Assembly: GCA_963712665.1 (NCBI GenBank)
Contig: CAVQIV010000026.1
Location: forward strand, 257,045 to 321,044
From: Thermoanaerobaculaceae bacterium
GTDB taxonomy: Bacteria > Acidobacteriota > Thermoanaerobaculia > Multivoradales > UBA5704
Direction of reading: 5' to 3'
Length of the DNA stretch: 64,000 nucleotides
The position numbers were made by a program, and so were the translations under genes. This document shows, piece by piece, positions 38,278 through 48,334 of the stretch. How positions within the stretch are numbered: the stretch's first letter is position 1; each line of letters starts with the position of its first letter. Under the pieces are notes generated by a model, which worked only from the letters and a program-made list of their open reading frames with translations, was not told where the DNA came from and searched no databases.

Positions 38278-39103
38278 CTACGGCCGGCCCCACATCTCCT
38301 TCTCGGGCTTGGGTGCGGCCGGCCGCCGGCGGTCCTTGTTGAGGATTCCGGAGAGGTCCGCGAGCGTGGGGGCGAGGGCCGCGTTCTGGATTGCGGCCAG
38401 CTCGGCGATCCCCTGGAAGGCGAGGTCCACCAGGGCGTCCATCTCGTCCCGCCGGAAGCTGCGCTTCTCTCCCGTCCCCTGGATCTCCACCAGCGAGCCG
38501 GCGGCGGTGGCCACGACGTTCATGTCCACCTCGGCCGCCTGGTCTTCGACGTATTCGAGGTCGAGCAGGGGGATGCCCCCCACGATCCCCACCGAGACGG
38601 CGGCGAGCTGATCGCGCAGCGGCCAGGCCGGGATCTCGCGGGTCATTAGCAGGCGGGCCAGGGCCTGCACCGCGGCGACGTAGGCGCCGGTGATGGCGGC
38701 GGTACGGGTGCCGCCGTCGGCCTGGAGGACGTCGCAGTCGAGGGTCAGGGTGCGCTCCGGCATGGCCGCGAGGTCCACCACCGCCCGCAGGCTGCGGCCG
38801 ATGAGCCGCTGGATCTCGGCCGTCCGTCCCGACGGCTTCCCCTGGGAGACCTCACGGCTGGTACGGGTGTGGGTGGCCCGCGGCAGCATCGAGTACTCGG
38901 CCGTGAGCCAGCCCTCGCCAGTGTCCTTCCTGAACGGGGGGCACCCGGTTCTCGACGCTCGCCGCCACCAGGACGCGGGTGTCGCCGACCGAGATCAGGG
39001 CCGAGCCTTCGGCGAACTTGAGGACGCCGGTCTCGATTTTGACCGGACGCAGGGCGTTCGCGGCCCGGCCGCCGGGACGGATAGGGGGATTGCTCGCGTT
39101 CAT
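38278..39103 (-). CDS. rph: ribonuclease PH; one frame break in a G6/C6 homopolymer (38936-38941)
   Basis: ORF 38852..39163 ([13 protein letters not shown]...[21 protein letters not shown]) plus ORF 38278..38889 ([12 protein letters not shown]...[19 protein letters not shown]...[14 protein letters not shown]). Confidence 0.9.
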
Positions 39104-39270
39104 GGCCTGCATTCTATCCGCACCCTCTCTTCCGGTCTTCCCGCAAGAACTTTGAGGCGCCACTCATCCGCTCGGGCCTGCCGCTGCGTACTCCCCGACG
39201 AAAGGGGCTGGGTGAGAGCCGGCTTCGCGACAAAAACTTCGAGCCCGACAAGACAAAAGGAGGAGGAATC

Positions 39271-40764
39271 GTGAAGATGCGCGTGGTATTTGTCCTGTTG
39301 ATCCTCATCGCCGGCTTAGGGTTGGTCCCCGCCCAGGCTTCGAGCCACCGGGAGGCGCCGGCCATCACCGAGATGCCCAAGGTGGACGGGACCGACTTCT
39401 ACATGTTCCGCAGCTACGAGACCGGGCGCGACGGCTACGTCACCCTGGTCGCCAACTACCTGCCGCTCCAGGACGCCTACGGCGGCCCCAACTACTTCTC
39501 CCTGGATCCCGACGCGCTCTACCGCATCCTCGTCGACAACACGGGCGACGGCGTGGAGGACGTGACCTTCCAGTTCCGCTGCGGCCAGGCGCTGGCGGAC
39601 ATCAAGCTGCCGGTGGGCGGCAAGCAGGTCTCGGTGCCGCTGATCAACGTCGGTGCGATCTCCGGCGGCCCGGGGCACCCGGATGCCACGCTGAACCGGC
39701 GGGAGAGCTGCAACCTGGGTGTCTTCCGGGGGCGGGTCAACGAGCGCAGCCACTGCCAGCTCGTCTCGGACGCCACCACCCACGGCACCACCTTCGACAA
39801 GCCGGTGGACAACATCGGCGAGAAGTCGATCGCCGACTACGCCGCCTATTCGCGCCAGTTCATCCGCGACATCAGCATCCCCGGCTGCACCGGCACCGGC
39901 CGCGTCTTCATCGGCCAGCGCAAGGACTCCTTCGCCGTCAACCTCGGCGAGGTCTTCGACCTGGTGAACATCGCCAACCCCCTGGGGCCTCGCGACGCCG
40001 AGCCCGACGCTCTGGCGGACAAGAACGTCACCGCCTTCATCCTCGAAGTCCCGGCCGCCTGCCTGACCAAGGGCTCCAACCCGGTCATCGGCGGCTGGAC
40101 GACGGCCCTGCTGCCCCGCAACCGCACGTTGAAAAACAACCCGAGCTTCGACAAGCCCGCCACCAGCCGGGGCGACTACGTGCAGGTCTCGCGCCTCGGC
40201 ATGCCGCTGGTCAACGAGGTGGTGATCGGCCTCAAGGACAAGAACCTGTTCAACGCCGCGACTCCCGAGGGTGACGCGGCCCTCGCCACCTACGTGACCA
40301 ACCCCACGCTGCCGGCCATCCTGGAGATCCTCTTCGGCTCCGCCGGCGTCAAGGCGCCCACCAACTTCCCCCGCACCGACCTGGTGGCGGCCTTCGCCAC
40401 CGGCGTCCAGGGCCTGAACTTCCTCTCGGACGGCAAGCCGCACGAGCTGCTGCGCCTCAACACCTCCATCGCGCCCACGGCCGCCGGCTCCCAGAAAAAC
40501 CTCGGCGTCTTGGGCGGCGACAACGCCGGCTTCCCCAACGGCCGCCGCCCGGGCGACGACGTGGTGGACATCGAGCTGCGGGTGGCCATGGGCGTGCTGT
40601 GCCACGCCTTCCCCGGGGTCTTCTGCTCGCCCGCGGACGCGCCCTCGGGCAACCTGCCGTTCACTGACGGGACCCTCCAGGACGTCAGCCAGTTCGACAC
40701 CACCTTCCCCTACCTGCGCACGCCGCTGCCGGGCTCGCCCAACGGCCCCAACGGCATTCACTAG
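39271..40764 (+). CDS. DUF4331 domain-containing secreted protein
   Basis: ORF 39271..40764. Signal peptide followed by the SSHREAP motif. Confidence 0.85.
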   Translation: MKMRVVFVLLILIAGLGLVPAQASSHREAPAITEMPKVDGTDFYMFRSYETGRDGYVTLVANYLPLQDAYGGPNYFSLDPDALYRILVDNTGDGVEDVTFQFRCGQALADIKLPVGGKQVSVPLINVGAISGGPGHPDATLNRRESCNLGVFRGRVNERSHCQLVSDATTHGTTFDKPVDNIGEKSIADYAAYSRQFIRDISIPGCTGTGRVFIGQRKDSFAVNLGEVFDLVNIANPLGPRDAEPDALADKNVTAFILEVPAACLTKGSNPVIGGWTTALLPRNRTLKNNPSFDKPATSRGDYVQVSRLGMPLVNEVVIGLKDKNLFNAATPEGDAALATYVTNPTLPAILEILFGSAGVKAPTNFPRTDLVAAFATGVQGLNFLSDGKPHELLRLNTSIAPTAAGSQKNLGVLGGDNAGFPNGRRPGDDVVDIELRVAMGVLCHAFPGVFCSPADAPSGNLPFTDGTLQDVSQFDTTFPYLRTPLPGSPNGPNGIH

Positions 40765-40775
40765 AGGACGATGTG

Positions 40776-41594
40776 ATGTCTCCGCTTCGCAGACTCGGGA
40801 CTGCCGTGCCCGCCCTGGCCCTGGCCCTGCTCGCCGGCCCTGACCTCTGGGCTCACGACTTCTGGATCGAGCCCTCGACCTTCCGGCCGGCCGTGGCTCA
40901 GCGCATGGCCGTGCGGTTGCGGGTGGGCCAGGAATTCCGCGGCGATCCCGTACCCCGCATCCCGAGTCTGCTGAAGCGGTTCACGCTCGTGGGTCCCGCC
41001 GGCGAGATGGACGTGCCAGGGGTGCCCAACACGGAGCCGGCGGGTTTTCTCTCCATCCCGGCTCCGGGCCTCTACATGGTCGTCTACGCCGGCAATCCCG
41101 AGCCCGTGCAGCTCGATCCCCAGAAGTTCAACGACTACCTGGGGCAGGAAGGGCTGGAGAAGATCGCCGAGCTGCGGGAGAAGCGGGGGGAGACCGGCGC
41201 GCCGGCCAGGGAGATCTTCTCCCGCTGTGCCAAGGCGCTGCTGGCCGTCGGGGGCTCTACCACCGGCTCCGGCTGGGACCGGCCCCTGGGGCTGCGCCTG
41301 GAGATCGTACCGGAGGCGAATCCATATATGCTTCAGGGCGGTGGGAAGCTGCCGGCGCGCCTGCTCTATCAGGGCAAGCCCCTCCCGGGGGCGCTGGTGG
41401 TGGCGTTCACCAAGGACCGGCCCGCGGCCAAGGTCTCGGCCCGGTCGGACGGTGAGGGGCGGGTCGCCTTAGAGCTCGACCGGCCGGGCACGTGGCTGGT
41501 GAAAGCCGTGCACATGATCCCCGCGGCCCGGGAGTCCGGCGCCGACTGGGAGAGCTTCTGGGCCTCGCTGACCTTCCAGGTCACGGGGCCTTAA
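40776..41594 (+). CDS. DUF4198 domain-containing periplasmic protein (NikM-like)
   Basis: ORF 40773..41594. Signal peptide followed by AHDFWIEP. Confidence 0.8.
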   Translation: MSPLRRLGTAVPALALALLAGPDLWAHDFWIEPSTFRPAVAQRMAVRLRVGQEFRGDPVPRIPSLLKRFTLVGPAGEMDVPGVPNTEPAGFLSIPAPGLYMVVYAGNPEPVQLDPQKFNDYLGQEGLEKIAELREKRGETGAPAREIFSRCAKALLAVGGSTTGSGWDRPLGLRLEIVPEANPYMLQGGGKLPARLLYQGKPLPGALVVAFTKDRPAAKVSARSDGEGRVALELDRPGTWLVKAVHMIPAARESGADWESFWASLTFQVTGP

Positions 41595-41622
41595 AGACAG
41601 GGAGAGATTCAAACCAGCATTC

Positions 41623-42183
41623 ATGGACGCGAGGGACGCGGAGGATCGCCAGCTCATGAGCCGTGTGGCAACACGGGACGGTGCGGCTTTCGCGCGCCTG
41701 TTCGAGATCCACGCCCCCGTCACGCTGGGCCTGTTGAGCCGCATTCTGGGCCGGCGGATGGAGGCGGAGGAGGTCTTGCAGGAGGTGTTCCTCCAGGTCT
41801 GGATGCAGGCCGATCGCTACGAAGCCGACCGCTCTACACCCCGGGGATGGATCCTCATGCTCGCCCGCTCCCGCGCCCTCGACCGCCTCCGCCGCCGCGA
41901 CTCCTCCCGCCGCCGGGAGGAGACGGTGGGAGAGGAGATGGAGGACGCCGTGGCGCCCCTCGGCACCGAGCGGCTGGAGGTCCTGGAGCGCCGGCGCCGG
42001 GTGACGAACGCCCTCGAAGCCCTCTCCCCGGACCAGCGCCGCTGCATCGAGCTGGCCTTTTTCGAGGGGCTCACCCACACCCAGATCGCCGATCGCCTCG
42101 CGGCCCCCCTGGGCACCGTCAAATCCCGCATCCTCCTGGGGATGAACAAGCTCCGGCAGACCCTGAGCGGAGAGCTGCAATGA
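41623..42183 (+). CDS. ECF-subfamily RNA polymerase sigma-70 factor
   Basis: ORF 41623..42183. Region 2 (VLQEVFLQVW) and region 4 HTH (GLTHTQIADRLAAPLGTVKSRI). Confidence 0.9.
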   Translation: MDARDAEDRQLMSRVATRDGAAFARLFEIHAPVTLGLLSRILGRRMEAEEVLQEVFLQVWMQADRYEADRSTPRGWILMLARSRALDRLRRRDSSRRREETVGEEMEDAVAPLGTERLEVLERRRRVTNALEALSPDQRRCIELAFFEGLTHTQIADRLAAPLGTVKSRILLGMNKLRQTLSGELQ

Positions 42184-42997
42184 CCGCCGCGCCGCACTCC
42201 GCCCGCTTCGAGGAGCTTCCTCCCCGCCTATGCCCTGGGCGCGCTGGATGGAGACGACCTGCGCGAGCTCGAGGAGCACCTCGCCGGCGGCTGCGCCGAG
42301 TGCCAGCGCCAACTCGACCTCTGGAACCGGGACCTGGAGGCGCTGGCGGAGTCGGTGATGCCCATCGAGCCCTCGGAGACGACCCGCGCCCGGGTGCTGC
42401 GGCTGGCCACGGGCTCAGCGAGGCAGGGACCGCAGCCGTCGCGCCGGCTCCCCGCCGCCTGCCGCGCTGGCTCCCCCTGGCCGCGGCGGCCCTGCTCGCC
42501 CTGGCCGTCTGGGGAGTGGCTGGACAGGTCCGGCTGCGGGGGGAGCTCGAACGTCTGACCACGGAGCGGAACCGTCTGGAACGGCAGGTGGCGGAGCTGG
42601 ATCGTGAGGTGGATCTCGTGCGCGCCGAGGCCCGGCAGGCGAACCAGGCCCTCCAGGTCCTCGCCGCCCCGGGCGTCCAGTCGATCGTCATGACGGGACT
42701 GGGACCGACCCCGAACGCCGCGGGCCGCACCTACATCAATCCCCGTACCCGCGATGCCCTCTTCTACGCCTTCGACCTGCCGGCCCTGCCGGGGGAGAAG
42801 ACCTACGAGCTCTGGTACATCGCCGGCGGCAAGCCGGTCCCGGCCGGCACCTTCGCCGTGGACGCGCGGGGCACGGCCAGCGTCCGCGTCGAGCAGTGCA
42901 GGTGGTGGACGTCAAGGACATCCAGGCCTGGGCCGTGACCGTCGAGCCCGCGGGCGGCGTGCCCCAGCCCACGGGCGCCATGGTGCTCAAGGGCTGA
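42180..42997 (+). CDS. anti-sigma factor (zinc-finger N-terminus, TM, RskA-like C-terminal domain); three frame breaks (near 42220, 42455, 42895)
   Basis: ATGA overlap with the sigma gene. AYALGALDGDDLRELEEHLAGGCAECQRQL, then TM LPLAAAALLALAVWGV, then YELWYIAGGKPVPAGTF...WAVTVEPAGGVPQPTGAMVLKG, spread over three frames. Confidence 0.7.
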
Positions 42998-43024
42998 GCC
43001 ACCTTCTGCTACAGTTGCGGGCGC

Positions 43025-44026
43025 GTGGCCGAGACGCCCCCCCTCCTCGCACGGCTGAGAGCCCGGGCTGCCGCAATCCCGAGCCCGGCCGTCGTCGTGC
43101 TCGCCGAGGGGCAGGACCCCCGGGTGGTGGCCGCGGCCGAGCGCGCCACGGCTCTGGGCCTCGCCAGGACGGAGGTGGTGGGCTCGCCGGCCGTCGTGGC
43201 CGCCGCGGCCGAGGCCGCCGGGGTCCCGCTCACCGTGCCGGTGCTCGATCCGGCCGTGGATCCCGACCTTCCTGCCCTCGCTGCCTTCCTGGGGGACCGC
43301 GTCAAGGCCCTCGATCCCTCCCAGGCTCTGGCCCAGGCCAGCAATCCTCTCCTCTATGCGGCGTTGCGCGTGGCTGTGGGTGAGGCGGACGGCGCCGTGA
43401 TGGGGGCGCTCGCCACCACTGCCGACACCCTGCGCGCCGCCCTGCGCTCCATCGGCCCCCGGCCGGGGCTCAAGGTGGTCTCCTCGTGCTTCCTCATGGT
43501 CCTGCCGGACGACCGCGGGCTCATCTACAGCGACTGCGGCGTGGTGCCCGATCCCGGGCCCGAGGAGCTGGCGGACATCGCCGAGGCCGCGGCAACGAGC
43601 TGCCGGGTGCTGCTCGACGAGGAGCCGCGCGTCGCCCTCCTCTCCTTCTCCACCCTGGGCAGCGCCCGCCACCCCCGGGTGGACAAGGTCCGCGCCGCCG
43701 TCGAGGTGCTGCGGGCGCGGGGGGTGGGGTTCCTGGTAGACGGCGAGCTCCAGGCCGACGCCGCCCTGGTGCCCCACGTGGCCGAGCGCAAGGCGCCGGG
43801 GAGCCCGGTGGCGGGCCGGGCCAACGTGCTGGTCTTCCCCGATCTCGACGCCGGCAACATCTCCTACAAGCTCACCGAGCGGCTCGCCGGCGCGCGGGCC
43901 GTGGGGCCGCTCCTCCAGGGGCTTGCCCGGCCCTTGAACGACCTGTCCCGGGGGTGCTCGGTGGAGGACGTCGTGGACGTCATCGCGGTCACGGCTCTGG
44001 ACGCGGCCGCACGGAGGCAGACATGA
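43025..44026 (+). CDS. pta: phosphate acetyltransferase
   Basis: ORF 43025..44026. ...SDCGVVPDP...LSFSTLGSA...[11 protein letters not shown]...[17 protein letters not shown]. Confidence 0.9.
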   Translation: MAETPPLLARLRARAAAIPSPAVVVLAEGQDPRVVAAAERATALGLARTEVVGSPAVVAAAAEAAGVPLTVPVLDPAVDPDLPALAAFLGDRVKALDPSQALAQASNPLLYAALRVAVGEADGAVMGALATTADTLRAALRSIGPRPGLKVVSSCFLMVLPDDRGLIYSDCGVVPDPGPEELADIAEAAATSCRVLLDEEPRVALLSFSTLGSARHPRVDKVRAAVEVLRARGVGFLVDGELQADAALVPHVAERKAPGSPVAGRANVLVFPDLDAGNISYKLTERLAGARAVGPLLQGLARPLNDLSRGCSVEDVVDVIAVTALDAAARRQT

Positions 44027-45312
44027 AAGTTCTGGTGGTGGGAGGCGGCGCGCGCGAGCACGCCCTGTGCTGGAAGCTGCGGCAAAGCCCGCTTTTGACC
44101 GAGCTCTATTGCGCTCCGGGCAACCCGGGCATCGCCGCCCTGGCTGACCGGGTGCCGCTCGTCCCCGAGGAGGTGCAGCGGCTGGCGGACTTCGCCACCG
44201 AGCTCAAGATCGACCTCACGGTCGTGGGGCCGGAGCTCCCCTTGACCCTGGGGATCGCGGACGAATTCGCCAACCGCGGCCTCGCCCTCTTCGGCCCCAC
44301 CCAGCGCGCCGCCGAGATCGAGGGGAGCAAGGTGTTCGCCAAGCAGTTCATGGAGCGGCACGGCATCCCCACGGCGCCCTTCGAGGTCATCCACGACGCC
44401 GCGGCGGCGCGCGCGGCCGCCGGCCGCTTCGGGTTCCCCGTGGTGCTCAAGGCCGACGGTCTCGCCGCGGGCAAGGGGGTGCTGATCGTAGAGGACGCCT
44501 CCGAGCTGGAGGACGCCCTCCGCACCCTGTTCGAGGAGCGCCAGTTTGGCATCAGTGCCGACCGGGTGGTGGTGGAGGCCTTCCTGTCCGGCGAGGAGGT
44601 GTCGTTCATGGCCCTCTGCGACGGCGAGCACGTGCTGCCGCTGGCCACCGCCCGCGACTACAAGCGGATCGGCGACGGCGACACCGGCCCCAACACCGGC
44701 GGCATGGGAGCCCACAGCCCGTCGGGCGGCCTCTCGGCCGAGGCGGGAGCCACGGTGGTGGAGACCATCCTGCACCCCACCATAGCCGGCCTCGCCGCCG
44801 AGGGACGACCGTTCATCGGCGTCCTCTATGCCGGTCTGATGCTCACCTCCGAGGGGCCCCGGGTGCTGGAGTTCAACGCCCGCTTCGGCGACCCGGAAGC
44901 CCAGGTGGTGATGCTCCGGCTGGAGGACGACCTCCTCCCCGTCCTGGCCGCCGGGGCGGCGGGGAAGCTCGAGGCCCGGCGCCTCTCCTTCCGCCGGGAG
45001 GTCGCGGCCTGTGTCGTTTTGGCGAGCCCCGGCTATCCTGGCCGGCCCCTCCAGGGCGAGCCCATCCGCGGCCTCGATCGCGCGGCGGCCCTGCCGGGGG
45101 TCGAGATCTTCCACGCCGGCACCGCCCTCGCAGACAACGAGCTGGTGAGCGCCGGTGGTCGCGTCCTCTCCGTCTGCGCTCTCGATCCCGACCTCGCGGG
45201 CGCGCTCCGGAAGGCTTATGCCGCCGTCGCCGAGATCGACTGGCCCGGCAAGGTCTACCGCCACGACATCGGCCGCCGGCTCCTCGATCAGGCTCCGCTC
45301 GCCGGATCGTGA
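44023..45312 (+). CDS. purD: phosphoribosylamine--glycine ligase
   Basis: ATG 44023 overlaps the pta stop. [19 protein letters not shown]...GPNTGGMGA... Confidence 0.95.
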   Translation: MKVLVVGGGAREHALCWKLRQSPLLTELYCAPGNPGIAALADRVPLVPEEVQRLADFATELKIDLTVVGPELPLTLGIADEFANRGLALFGPTQRAAEIEGSKVFAKQFMERHGIPTAPFEVIHDAAAARAAAGRFGFPVVLKADGLAAGKGVLIVEDASELEDALRTLFEERQFGISADRVVVEAFLSGEEVSFMALCDGEHVLPLATARDYKRIGDGDTGPNTGGMGAHSPSGGLSAEAGATVVETILHPTIAGLAAEGRPFIGVLYAGLMLTSEGPRVLEFNARFGDPEAQVVMLRLEDDLLPVLAAGAAGKLEARRLSFRREVAACVVLASPGYPGRPLQGEPIRGLDRAAALPGVEIFHAGTALADNELVSAGGRVLSVCALDPDLAGALRKAYAAVAEIDWPGKVYRHDIGRRLLDQAPLAGS

Positions 45313-45455
45313 TAGCGTGACGGGTCCCTCGTTGACGCCGGGACCTGCTACTGCCACAATGGGTTAGCGTTTTCGAGCCTTTCACCAAGCCAGCGGCTGG
45401 TATCCTTCCTGCATAGGTTGTCAGATCGCTGTTGCACATGGAATGGACGTAACTC

Positions 45456-46196
45456 ATGAGTGGATGTAGCGGTTGTGCTTTCAAAGGGATGTCGACGGCC
45501 GTGGAGGACGCGTTCGTCGGCGTACGGTTTCGTGAAGAGACGAATCTGACGCTCTGCTCGACGGGCGGTCGCATCTACGCCCGGGGGGACCAAGTGGTGG
45601 TGGATCTGGAGTCCGGGCCGACCTTCGGCCACGTCGAGCAGTCTCCGATGCCGGTCTTCAAGCCGTGCCAGAAGTCGAGCGCCCGGCCCATCCTGCGGCC
45701 GGCCGACGCCACGGACGTCTCCGCCTACGACCGGCAGAGCCAGAACGAGGTCAGCGGCAAGCTCTACGCCCAGGAGCGCTCCAGGAGCCTCGGCCTGGAC
45801 ATGAAGATCTCCCTGGTGGACTTCTCCCTGAACGGCAAGAAAGCAACTTTTTACTTCACCTCCGAAGGGAGGGTGGACTTCCGACAACTGGTGCGCGACC
45901 TGTCGAGCCGGTTCTCCGTGCGGGTGAAGATGGTGCAGGTCGGCGCGCGCGACGAGGCCGGGCTGATCGGCGGCATCGGCATCTGCGGCCGGACCCTCTG
46001 CTGCTCGACCTGGCTCAAAGACTTCCGGCCGATCTCCATCCAGATGGCCAAGCGGCAGAACCTGAGCCTCAACCCCTCCAAGATCTCCGGGCAGTGCGGG
46101 CGGCTCCTCTGCTGCCTGGCCTACGAGGACGACCAGTACCGGACCCGGACGCCGGACGAGCGGTCGGCGGCGGCAGCGGCGCTACCCACAGCTTAG
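45456..46196 (+). CDS. PSP1 domain protein (RicT/YaaT-like)
   Basis: ORF 45456..46196. C-terminal cysteine-rich PSP1 motif [10 protein letters not shown]...[13 protein letters not shown]. Confidence 0.85.
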   Translation: MSGCSGCAFKGMSTAVEDAFVGVRFREETNLTLCSTGGRIYARGDQVVVDLESGPTFGHVEQSPMPVFKPCQKSSARPILRPADATDVSAYDRQSQNEVSGKLYAQERSRSLGLDMKISLVDFSLNGKKATFYFTSEGRVDFRQLVRDLSSRFSVRVKMVQVGARDEAGLIGGIGICGRTLCCSTWLKDFRPISIQMAKRQNLSLNPSKISGQCGRLLCCLAYEDDQYRTRTPDERSAAAAALPTA

Positions 46197-46212
46197 GAAT
46201 CTCATCGCCCCA

Positions 46213-46566
46213 ATGGAACCCAAAATGGCCAATCGCAAACTGATACGCCCGGACATGAACGAGCTCAAGAAGGAGCTGCCCGCCCGCAGCGTGCGCCGCA
46301 AGCAGTCGCCGCCGGAGCAGACCAACGCCGAGGAGTTCTACTACTTGAAGCAGATGGCGGCGAAGACGCCGATGGTGGTGGTCCTGACCGACGGCGAGGA
46401 GCTGCGGGGGTGGATCGAGTGGTACGACAAGGGGGCCCTCAAGCTCAACCGCTACCAGGGACCCAACCTCCTGATCCAGAAGCACTTCATCCGTTACATG
46501 TTCAAGGAGGAAGAGCTCAAACGGCGGGGCAAGCGCAACGGCAGCAGCGGCGACGAGGACCGGTGA
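46213..46566 (+). CDS. Sm/Hfq-like RNA-binding protein (tentative)
   Basis: ORF 46213..46566. [20 protein letters not shown]...[11 protein letters not shown] resembles the Sm1/Sm2 pattern. Similarity was judged by eye only. Confidence 0.45.
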   Translation: MEPKMANRKLIRPDMNELKKELPARSVRRKQSPPEQTNAEEFYYLKQMAAKTPMVVVLTDGEELRGWIEWYDKGALKLNRYQGPNLLIQKHFIRYMFKEEELKRRGKRNGSSGDEDR

Positions 46567-47600
46567 CCGACCCCTCGCCGCCGCCTCCGGCGCGCCCCAT
46601 CCTCGCCCTCACCCAGGGAGATCCCGCGGGCATCGGACCCGAGATCCTCCTCAAGCTCTTCCTGGAGACCCCGTCCGCCCTTCCCTGGCAGCCCCTCCTG
46701 GTGGCGGAGCGGGCCGCTCTGGAGACCCTCCGTTCCGCCCTCCCCGGGGCTCCCTGGGACCGCCTGACCTATCTCTCCTCGGCGCCGGCCACCCGCCAGG
46801 ACCTCCCCGCCGAGGGCATTCCGGTGCTGGATCCCGTGGGTCACCCCCGCACCGTCACCCCCGGCAGCTCGGGACCGGCGGACGCCGCCGGGGCCATGGC
46901 GGCCTTGGACCTCGGCATCGAGCTCGTGGACTGCGGCGTGGCCGACGCCCTGGTGACCGCGCCGGTGAGCAAGGAGTCGATCGCCCGCCATCACCTCCCC
47001 GGCTTCGTGGGGCATACGGACTACCTGGCCGAGGTCTGCGGCCTGGAGCGCTATGGGCGGGACTATCTGATGGCCTTCCTCGCTCCCGAGCTGCAGGTGG
47101 CCCTGCTCAACGTCCACCTCCCCCTGCGCGAGGCCCTGGACGGGATCACCGGCGAGGCGGTCGCGGAGGCCCTCGACTGCCTGAACCGCCATGCCGGGGG
47201 CAAGATCGCCCTCGCCGGCTTGAACCCCCACGCCGGGGAGGGGGGCCTCCTGGGCAGCGAGGAGGGCGAGGTGCTCGTCCCCGCGGTGGCGGCGGCCCGC
47301 GAGCAGGGGATCGACGTCCGCGGCCCCGAGAGCGCCGACTCGCTCTTCGCCCGCGCCCGCCGCGGCGAGTTCGACTGGGTGCTGGCTCTCTACCACGACC
47401 AGGGCCTCATCGCCGTCAAGACCTCCTCCTTCGGCCTCGCCACCAACTGGACGCTCGGCCTCCCGTTCCTGCGCACCTCTGTCGATCACGGCACGGCCTT
47501 CCCCCTGGCCGGCCGCGGCCTCGCCGACGCCGCTCCCCTGGCGGCGGTGGTGGAGACGACCTTGAAGCTGATCGCGGGGGAGCTGCCGAAGGGGCGCTAG
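46563..47600 (+). CDS. pdxA: 4-hydroxythreonine-4-phosphate dehydrogenase
   Basis: GTG 46563 in ORF 46410..47600. [13 protein letters not shown]...GHTDYLA...NPHAGEGG...YHDQGL. Confidence 0.9.
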   Translation: MTDPSPPPPARPILALTQGDPAGIGPEILLKLFLETPSALPWQPLLVAERAALETLRSALPGAPWDRLTYLSSAPATRQDLPAEGIPVLDPVGHPRTVTPGSSGPADAAGAMAALDLGIELVDCGVADALVTAPVSKESIARHHLPGFVGHTDYLAEVCGLERYGRDYLMAFLAPELQVALLNVHLPLREALDGITGEAVAEALDCLNRHAGGKIALAGLNPHAGEGGLLGSEEGEVLVPAVAAAREQGIDVRGPESADSLFARARRGEFDWVLALYHDQGLIAVKTSSFGLATNWTLGLPFLRTSVDHGTAFPLAGRGLADAAPLAAVVETTLKLIAGELPKGR

Positions 47601-48334
47601 CTTGGCCGTCTCGGCCGTCTCGGCCGTCTCGCCACGGCCAGCAGCGAGTCCCCGAACGCCGGTGTGTGCACCACCCGGCCGATCATCCGCAGGGGCTTCA
47701 AGAACTTCGTCCCTTCACCCACGGAGCAGAAGTTGGACTCGGTGATCAGGGTCTCGACCTCGAAGCCGGCACCCACAAGCCCTTCACGCAGCATGCGGGG
47801 GGTGAACATGTGGATGTGGGTGGGGTCCTGGTACCAGGCCCAGCGCTTGCCGAGGAGGGGGCGGGCCAGGCTGTGGGCGTTCAAGGTGATGACGAAGAGC
47901 TTCCCCCCGGGCTTCAGGCACCGGCGGCAGCTCTCCAGAGTGACGGCGTAGTCCTGCAGGTGCTCGATGACGTCGAGCAGGGTGATCGCGTCGAAATGCT
48001 CGTCGGGGAAGGGGAAGGGCTCTTCCGCCCCCTGCTCGACCACCTCGCCCCGGATCCTCTGCCGCGCCTGCTCGACGGCGTGGCCGGAGAGCTCGATGCC
48101 GTGCGCCTCGTAGCCCGCCTTCTCCAGCGCCGCGAGGAAGAAGCCGTAGCCCGCGCCCACGTCCAGCACCCGGCCACCCTTCACTCCGTGGTCGCGCAGC
48201 AGGCCCACCAGATAGCCAAGGTACTTGACCTTGCCCGGGTGGAGCTGGAAGTACTCGCGATCGAAATAACCGGGCTCGTGCACGGGCGGCGATGCTAGCA
48301 CCGGCTTCGCGCCTGTGCTAACAATCCCGCCCAT
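47597..48334 (-). CDS. class I SAM-dependent methyltransferase (start uncertain: 48346, 48334, 48301 or 48283)
   Basis: ORF 47597..48388. Motif I VLDVGAGYGFF. Confidence 0.8.
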   Translation of the reverse strand: MGGIVSTGAKPVLASPPVHEPGYFDREYFQLHPGKVKYLGYLVGLLRDHGVKGGRVLDVGAGYGFFLAALEKAGYEAHGIELSGHAVEQARQRIRGEVVEQGAEEPFPFPDEHFDAITLLDVIEHLQDYAVTLESCRRCLKPGGKLFVITLNAHSLARPLLGKRWAWYQDPTHIHMFTPRMLREGLVGAGFEVETLITESNFCSVGEGTKFLKPLRMIGRVVHTPAFGDSLLAVARRPRRPRRPS

